From a virus, in the IMG/VR virus record IMGVR_UViG_3300025138_000035, positions 622 through 64,621 of that record: a stretch of DNA of 64,000 bases, one strand, 5' to 3'. Each line of letters opens with the position of its first letter. Positions within the stretch are counted from its first letter, which is position 1. The position numbers and the translations under genes are program-made. Below the pieces are notes generated by a model that ran no database searches, was not told the origin of the DNA, and worked only from the letters and a program-made list of their open reading frames with translations. This document shows positions 57,801 through 64,000 of the stretch, piece after piece.

Positions 57801-60800
57801 TGGCGACTTTATATTTTAAATTAGAACAAATAGCAACTGTAGGTTCACCAACTACAGGTTCTACCGTTTATATGGCTTGGCCTGACGGTATTAATCCCGC
57901 GGGTACTGACCGAACGGCTACGGTAAATTATTTAAGTGGGTTACCTAATTCAACATGGTACTTTAGGTCAAGAACTTGGAGTCTTCAAAATTTAGGTTCG
58001 ACGCCAATCGCTTTTGATACTCAAATGATTGCTGGAGAACCTTGGAATTCAACATCGTCTACTTCAGTTAGTGCTTATGTTGGTACGACTTTTAATATTA
58101 ATACGACATTTTTTGCTCAAAACTATATCGATGTTCAAGGTTCAGGTACTACGTTTAAATCCCCAAGATATGTTACTAATTTTTATAGTGCCAATACGTT
58201 TAATAATACATTAAAATTAATCGGAACTGATACTAATAGGTATGACTACATTACTTTAGAAAGTTTAGAGGATTATAATCACATAACTAACGATGCAGTT
58301 TTAAATTATGATTTTAATTCGTCAACAGTAATTACTTCTGATATATCATCTGGAACTCCTGATTATGGTTTAATACCCGAAACGGCAACTTCTGCGGTAA
58401 ATTATTTTAATGGTTTATATGATGGTTGGCTTTCAGATTCAGATGATTGTTTTGGCAATATTTTTACAACAGAATTTAAAAAAGTTCGATATTTAGGTGA
58501 TTTACATGAAAGGACAGAGTCATTTGCATCTAAGTGGGGTGGACCTTGTTTAAAAATTAACAATATTCAGACACCATATACTGGTACTCCGACTGGATTT
58601 GAGGATATTGTCACTAATTGGTATTCTGATTGTAGTGATTGTTACACAGGTAATCCGTATAATAATATATATAAATTTACTTCCGATAAAAATTGTTCGG
58701 GGATAAGCCAAGGTCTTCGGGTCTTTAGTGCGTCAACTTTAACATGGGGTTCACCATTTGGTGGAGAAATACTGCAACCACAATTTGTTCAAGTAAAAAA
58801 TCAATGTTATGGTGGTGTAACTGATACGGTTAACCAAGTAGTTATTTCTACAGCATTAGTAGGTGACCCAATTGACGATGTATTTGAGAATTGTTCTGAC
58901 TGTAATAGTAACATAAACGCCATAAGTGATTATTACTATTTTTCTGCTTGTACTAATAACAAAACATTCAGATTTAATACCGTAGATTTTGATAACGATT
59001 TTATAGGACCATTTGCAATAGGGGATACCTATTTAATTGAAGACGTGGGAGGGGTAAATACTTGTGCCACTAGAATAAATCCCCCATTTGAACCGTACTC
59101 AGGTATATCAGTAACTTATTGGGATAACAGTATTGCCTCAGTAAGTACTATAAAGTGTGATGATGCGTTATGTACTACTGTCTCTCCCACACCTACTAAC
59201 ACACCAACTAATACTCCAACACCAACAACGACTCCGACAAATACGCCGACAAATACGCCTACTAACACACCAACTAATACTCCAACACCTACACCTACAC
59301 CTACACCTACAGTTTCAAGTGCGGGTTTTAAGTCATTAGCAGATAAGTTAAATAGTTGTGAATTTACAAGTCAAAGTCAAAAAGTTTTTGTTTTTTATGA
59401 TGCTACATCGTTAGATGCAACAAAGACTCAAGAGGCTTCGGAGTCTATACGTAGTTGGTACCAAACAAATGTTATTAGTGGTAATTTACAATCAGGTAAT
59501 CTTTATGAAGGGGTTATAGGGGAACCAAGTAATAATGGTGAAAATTGGATGTGGTGGTTATCTTACCCTAATTTGGGCTCACTAAGTGGTGGTACTGTTG
59601 ACGGTACTCAAGTTAATGAATTTAATTCTGCGGTAAACAACTCTATATATAATTCAGATTGGTGTTCTTCAAACGTGGGTGGTGAGTGTATACCTAAAAA
59701 CTCAGAATTTAATGATTCTCAAAGTTCGGGTGAGGTATATAGGAGAATTAATAGAGGGTGGTCGTTTTCGCCAGCGTCCTACGGTACTGTAGATATTAGA
59801 ACAAATGGTGTACCATTTAATCATAGTGAGTTAGATAACTCAGCAACATCAGGGCCAGGTACATTTTCGGGTCAAGAAACCAATTATATAGTTATTAATG
59901 TAATTGATGAGTCAGATGGTACAGTTGGGTTTTATACGGGAAACATTGATAAAAGTGAACACATATACGAATATCCTTTTCAGTTAAGAGGGATTAATAG
60001 GTGGAACGTACAATCTGAAAAAGAATATACAAATAGATTTCAATATGATTATGAGTCCTACTTAAAGGTATGGGCTGAAGTTAAAGTTTCTGGTGGTACG
60101 ATAAATGGTTTAGTTTATCCTGTTGCAACAAATAATTTAGGAGGAACACCACCATTCGTTCAACATTCGGTTGCAGCATCTCAAGGTAATGTTATTTCGC
60201 AATCTGATTTTCTAACGGAGTATGGAGAAAATATAGAACAAGTTGGTCCATATAATTTAAATTTAAGTGCCTTAACAATAACTAATCCGTACAGTGCCTT
60301 AACAACAACAACAGAGTATCAAAATTTACCACCTATTTATCAAAATGGTTCAGGTCTTAAGAATTTTGGGATTTTAACTGACCCAACAGTTACTAACTTT
60401 ACTGAACCAATAGTCGCCGCAACTTTAGATAACTTTTTAATTAATATTCAAACACCGTTAAACGTTATTTATGTTCAAACTGGAGGTCGAAGTGTAGATG
60501 AGGTATATAACCTATCGGGAGATTGTTATACTGTTGAGATTGTAAATACTCTTACTTCCGAAATACTTACTAATGTTACTAATCAAATAGGTCCGTTTAA
60601 TAATTGTGTCAATTGTACAACTACGGGTTGTTTTTCAGGGACTACTAATGGGTTTTATTCATTTACCGATTGTTGTGGAACACTACAACAAGGTACCCAA
60701 GTAGGGTTATCTGTATGTGTTGACACTAGTTTATCGATGCAAGGGATACAAATTAGTACTGACTCATGTGTGGTTAGTTGCGATGAGGGGCCGATAATTT

Positions 60801-63559
60801 ATAGTTTTGAAGTAACAGGTACTTGTGTTAATCCTAAAGATGGTATTATAATAATAAGTCCTTCAGGTGGTACAAAACCTTATACAATTACGAATACTTC
60901 AACCACTGCGGCTGGAGGGATATTATTAGTTCAACAAACGGGTAATGGCCCGTTTAGTTGGTTTGGTGTTGATGAGGGTAGTTATGTCTTTTTACTTCAA
61001 GATAGTTCGGGAGGGGTTAATCAAGATGTGACTATTAATGTTAATGTTGAAGGTTGTTTTAACGCCACTATTACTTCTTCAGGTACAACATGTGGTAGTA
61101 TCAACGGAGTTGTAACAGTTACAAACGATTCAATATCTAGTCCATTTCAATATGATTTATATGATACGGTTTCGGGAAGTATTTTTCAATCTGCTAATAG
61201 TTTTGGAAATACTCAGACATTTACAAATATTGGACCCGCAACCTACTACTGTATTGTTACAGATTTTGGAGGTGCGACTGCACAAACAACAAATACAACA
61301 GTTGTAAGTACGGACCCAATTAGTTATAATATTTTAGTTGTTCCTGATTCTCCGTGTGGTCCTGGCGTCGGTTCTGCAACTGTTACTAACTTATTAGGTG
61401 GTACTCCACCATACACATACTTGTGGTCTAATGGACAAACAACACAAACTGCGACTGGTTTATCTGTGGGGTCATGGACTGTTGAAGTTATTGATTCTCA
61501 AGGGTGTAGACTAAGTCAAAGTATTAACGTAGGGTTAGCCGACCCATTAGGTGTAGTTTCAACTGTACCAACACAGGCGGGTTGTTTTGATTGTGATGGT
61601 CAAGTTGTGGTGACAATATCGGGAGGTACTTCACCCTATACATACCAAAATAGTGCAGGTGAAGTAATAACTTCTAATAATTTATCAGAATCATTTACAG
61701 GATTATGTGGAGGTTTTAATAGTACTCTTATTACAGATGCTGGAGGTTGTTCTGTTACGTCATTTCAGTCTATACCTTCAACTGCGGGGTTTACAATTGT
61801 TAATATAGGTGTTGCTAATTCTGATTGTAACGATGAAGGTTCAATATCGATAAGTATAACCGCACCTTCAGGAAATTTTACTTATTCGGTTACAGGTGGT
61901 TTAATTTCTGATAGTGTAACTACTCAATCACAAAACCAAACTTTTAATAACTTACCTTCAGGTACATATACAGTAACAATTACATCTCAAAATGGTAATT
62001 GTACATATAGTACCGTTAAAACTATAAGTAATAATGTTAAATTTAACGTTAATAGTACTATCACTGATGGTACTTGTGGTGATAACAATGGGATAATAGA
62101 TATTAATCTAACTGCTGGTTCGGTTTCGTTAGAGGGTCCATTTGATTATATATTAACAGATGTTAATACAGGTTCAGTTGTTTATTCAGTAATTGATGAC
62201 CCATCAAATACTCAGACAATATCCTCACTGACCCCATCAACGTACCTTTTAAATGTTATTGATGTAAAAAATTGTACAGTTTCACAAAACATTACGATTA
62301 GTCAGTCAACTGGTATGAATTTTTACATAGTACCTACAGAATGTACCAATGGTAATGACGGTAGTGCTGAAATTTTTATTACTGAAGGTGTTGCTCCTTT
62401 TACTATTCAATGGAGTAATGGCGAAACTACGATGTTAATTACTGGTTTAAGTGGTGATACATATACTGCAACTATTACTGATAATGATGGATGTAGTACC
62501 ACGGAGTCAGTAACTATTAACTGTAACAATCAAATTGTTGAATGTTATGAAGTAACTGAAATATGTGAAAACGACTTCATTACCACTTCAGCGGGTGTTA
62601 GAGATTTTGGTAGTATGTTAAATGAAGGTTATCTTGATTTAACTGTTGGACATCAGAACTGTACGTTAGTACAGGCGGTTTTTTATGCTATAGTTGACCT
62701 TTCAGGAGGTACCATGACGCCAGCATTACACGTAGAAAATCCATTTTATACGGGTACTACACTAAATGACTACCCAAGTGCTCAAGAATGGATGGATGCT
62801 ATTGAAGAAATACTTACACCAATACCACAAATCGAAGGGTTCACATTAGATATTAACCAAAATTTGATAACAATTATTTCAGATTGTAAAGAATTGAAAA
62901 ACGTATACTTTAAATTAAGTACTAAAATTGTATATAATATATGTTGTAATGATATTCCGACGCCAACTCCAACAGCTACACCTACGACAACTCCAACAAA
63001 CACGCCTACTCAAACACCGACACCAACACCGACACCAACACAACAACCTGTAGTCGCTTGTATTGAGTCTCTAACATTTATTGTTGAATATAACCAGTCT
63101 CCACTAAACGGGTCACCTTGTTCTGGTGGTCATACATGTAATAGAGGAGTGTTTGATATTACGGCAAATGGTATAATTATTGGTCAGGTATCTATGAATA
63201 ATAATGGAGGAAGCACCGACCTTCAAAATTACCCACCTGATTCTACTCTTGCGACTCCTCCGGGTCCTGGTTATCCTGGTCAAGGCGATAAAGATAGATA
63301 TAATGCAATTCCTGTATCTTCTCTAGCTGCTCAGGCTATCGCCGCGAATTCCCCTAGTGGACTTATTGACTTTGATTTTGTTTGTGCATGTATATGGTCA
63401 GGACCTAACCAAAACTGTTACCACCCTTCCTCTACACAATGTCACCAAGATGTTAGTTGGGTTAGAGTAGTAAAAGACCTTAACTTATCTACTGAAGAAG
63501 TAATGTATAATGATTGTCCTGTTGGTAACTTTATTACAGGTTTCGACCCTTGTGCGTAG
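57800..63559 (+). CDS. Giant tail fibre/adhesin (1919 aa): Cys-rich modules, PT linkers, vWA-like region, SprB-like repeats
   Basis: GGTPPYTYLWSNGQTTQTATGLSVGSWTVEVIDSQGC and similar units; PT blocks at ~59180-59310 and ~62955-63045. Confidence 0.7.
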   Translation: MATLYFKLEQIATVGSPTTGSTVYMAWPDGINPAGTDRTATVNYLSGLPNSTWYFRSRTWSLQNLGSTPIAFDTQMIAGEPWNSTSSTSVSAYVGTTFNINTTFFAQNYIDVQGSGTTFKSPRYVTNFYSANTFNNTLKLIGTDTNRYDYITLESLEDYNHITNDAVLNYDFNSSTVITSDISSGTPDYGLIPETATSAVNYFNGLYDGWLSDSDDCFGNIFTTEFKKVRYLGDLHERTESFASKWGGPCLKINNIQTPYTGTPTGFEDIVTNWYSDCSDCYTGNPYNNIYKFTSDKNCSGISQGLRVFSASTLTWGSPFGGEILQPQFVQVKNQCYGGVTDTVNQVVISTALVGDPIDDVFENCSDCNSNINAISDYYYFSACTNNKTFRFNTVDFDNDFIGPFAIGDTYLIEDVGGVNTCATRINPPFEPYSGISVTYWDNSIASVSTIKCDDALCTTVSPTPTNTPTNTPTPTTTPTNTPTNTPTNTPTNTPTPTPTPTPTVSSAGFKSLADKLNSCEFTSQSQKVFVFYDATSLDATKTQEASESIRSWYQTNVISGNLQSGNLYEGVIGEPSNNGENWMWWLSYPNLGSLSGGTVDGTQVNEFNSAVNNSIYNSDWCSSNVGGECIPKNSEFNDSQSSGEVYRRINRGWSFSPASYGTVDIRTNGVPFNHSELDNSATSGPGTFSGQETNYIVINVIDESDGTVGFYTGNIDKSEHIYEYPFQLRGINRWNVQSEKEYTNRFQYDYESYLKVWAEVKVSGGTINGLVYPVATNNLGGTPPFVQHSVAASQGNVISQSDFLTEYGENIEQVGPYNLNLSALTITNPYSALTTTTEYQNLPPIYQNGSGLKNFGILTDPTVTNFTEPIVAATLDNFLINIQTPLNVIYVQTGGRSVDEVYNLSGDCYTVEIVNTLTSEILTNVTNQIGPFNNCVNCTTTGCFSGTTNGFYSFTDCCGTLQQGTQVGLSVCVDTSLSMQGIQISTDSCVVSCDEGPIIYSFEVTGTCVNPKDGIIIISPSGGTKPYTITNTSTTAAGGILLVQQTGNGPFSWFGVDEGSYVFLLQDSSGGVNQDVTINVNVEGCFNATITSSGTTCGSINGVVTVTNDSISSPFQYDLYDTVSGSIFQSANSFGNTQTFTNIGPATYYCIVTDFGGATAQTTNTTVVSTDPISYNILVVPDSPCGPGVGSATVTNLLGGTPPYTYLWSNGQTTQTATGLSVGSWTVEVIDSQGCRLSQSINVGLADPLGVVSTVPTQAGCFDCDGQVVVTISGGTSPYTYQNSAGEVITSNNLSESFTGLCGGFNSTLITDAGGCSVTSFQSIPSTAGFTIVNIGVANSDCNDEGSISISITAPSGNFTYSVTGGLISDSVTTQSQNQTFNNLPSGTYTVTITSQNGNCTYSTVKTISNNVKFNVNSTITDGTCGDNNGIIDINLTAGSVSLEGPFDYILTDVNTGSVVYSVIDDPSNTQTISSLTPSTYLLNVIDVKNCTVSQNITISQSTGMNFYIVPTECTNGNDGSAEIFITEGVAPFTIQWSNGETTMLITGLSGDTYTATITDNDGCSTTESVTINCNNQIVECYEVTEICENDFITTSAGVRDFGSMLNEGYLDLTVGHQNCTLVQAVFYAIVDLSGGTMTPALHVENPFYTGTTLNDYPSAQEWMDAIEEILTPIPQIEGFTLDINQNLITIISDCKELKNVYFKLSTKIVYNICCNDIPTPTPTATPTTTPTNTPTQTPTPTPTPTQQPVVACIESLTFIVEYNQSPLNGSPCSGGHTCNRGVFDITANGIIIGQVSMNNNGGSTDLQNYPPDSTLATPPGPGYPGQGDKDRYNAIPVSSLAAQAIAANSPSGLIDFDFVCACIWSGPNQNCYHPSSTQCHQDVSWVRVVKDLNLSTEEVMYNDCPVGNFITGFDPCA

Positions 63560-63738
63560 TGGTGATATTGTTACGTCATTATCGTCATATATAGAGGGTA
63601 ATTATAATGAAATATAAAGAGGTTGGTGGTATTTATAATAAAATAGTATATCTAAGTGGAGAAACTAAAAAAAAATAAAGTAAATAGAAATCTGTATTTT
63701 ACATTCTTGCAGTATTTATATAACAAATGTATTAATTA

Positions 63739-64000
63739 ATGTCGCAAGTAATAATAAGATTAACTTTAAGTTCAAATGCTGTTGGACCGTTTGATATTCA
63801 CACGGGTTCCACTACTACTACGCCTATTAAAACGGGTGTAACTAGAGACCAAATTATTGCAGGAGTTGTTTTAGATTTACCGGGTTCAGTTGCGGGTATT
63901 CAATATACTATTTTTGTCGTTAATAAACAACCAGGGTGTAACGATGAGGTAGTATCTAAAAAAGTGATTGTTTATGAGAGTGGTGTAACGCCTACTCCTA
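63739..64000 (+). CDS. Fibre-like protein, 3'-truncated by the window end (not in ORF track)
   Basis: MSQVIIRLTLSSNAVGPFDIHTG...YESGVTPTP, open to base 64000; TATTTATA at 63713-63720. Confidence 0.75.
   Translation, partial: MSQVIIRLTLSSNAVGPFDIHTGSTTTTPIKTGVTRDQIIAGVVLDLPGSVAGIQYTIFVVNKQPGCNDEVVSKKVIVYESGVTPTP

Noticed and set aside
759-63003. The other short ORF-track entries (60-112 aa) nested within or antisense to long genes
   Set aside because: They fully overlap well-supported CDSs and have no motifs or start contexts of their own
63607-63678. 23-codon ORF MKYKEVGG...KKK
   Set aside because: Very short, overlaps regulatory-looking AT-rich motifs, and has no supporting features
1-64000. 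Stop-codon reassignment as in some crAss/Lak phages
   Set aside because: Genes up to 6.6 kb are intact in code 11. Nearly all stops are TAA, with TGA at 11729 and 37309 and a single TAG at 63559 that is followed by TGA two codons later.
1-64000. Bacterial contractile injection system locus or eukaryotic giant virus
   Set aside because: Neck, tape measure and baseplate genes co-occur with a full phage replisome and RNR, with no host housekeeping genes; this fits a tailed phage
1-64000. tRNA, rRNA, integrase or transposase
   Set aside because: Intergenic gaps are short and AT-rich; no cloverleaf, rRNA-like or recombinase signature was recognised by eye

Overview
This window is a 64-kb, AT-rich segment of a large tailed dsDNA phage with a contractile tail (myovirus, T4-like gene content but rearranged). 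Almost all of it is coding in genetic code 11. It holds neck, tail and baseplate genes (neck, terminator, 1065-aa sheath, tube, chaperone, tape measure, hub, gp25/gp6/gp53-like wedge proteins, giant fibre/adhesin proteins). It also holds a family B DNA polymerase, an SNF2 helicase, and a replication block (gp32-like SSB, RecA/UvsX, 5'-3' exonuclease, DnaB helicase, nrdB-nrdA) that splits the baseplate genes in two. SprB-like repeats, a Flavobacterium-type RNR and A-rich start contexts mostly lacking Shine-Dalgarno sites suggest a Bacteroidota host (inference). The most interesting signals are four. (1) A late-expressed Mn-type superoxide dismutase is fused to a PD-(D/E)xK-like domain and bracketed by (I/L)-x-E motifs; similar basic, amphipathic, xE-ending leaders recur on six otherwise unrelated ORFs, suggesting a head-cargo targeting/processing system. 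(2) There is a likely +1 programmed frameshift (TTT TTT CGT C) between the tail chaperone and the short ORF before the tape measure gene. (3) The RNR looks like class Id (superoxide-activated) with the ATP-cone on NrdB, in the same genome as the SOD. (4) Envelope-engaging domains are embedded in virion proteins: OmpA-like, GH73-like, a hydrophobic hairpin, a metzincin protease and SprB repeats. A recurrent TATTTAT(A) motif marks candidate late promoters, and TTGA(C/T)(A/T)-N16-18-TAT(A/T)(A/T)T elements mark candidate host-polymerase promoters. All family assignments come from motif recognition by eye; no database searches were run.
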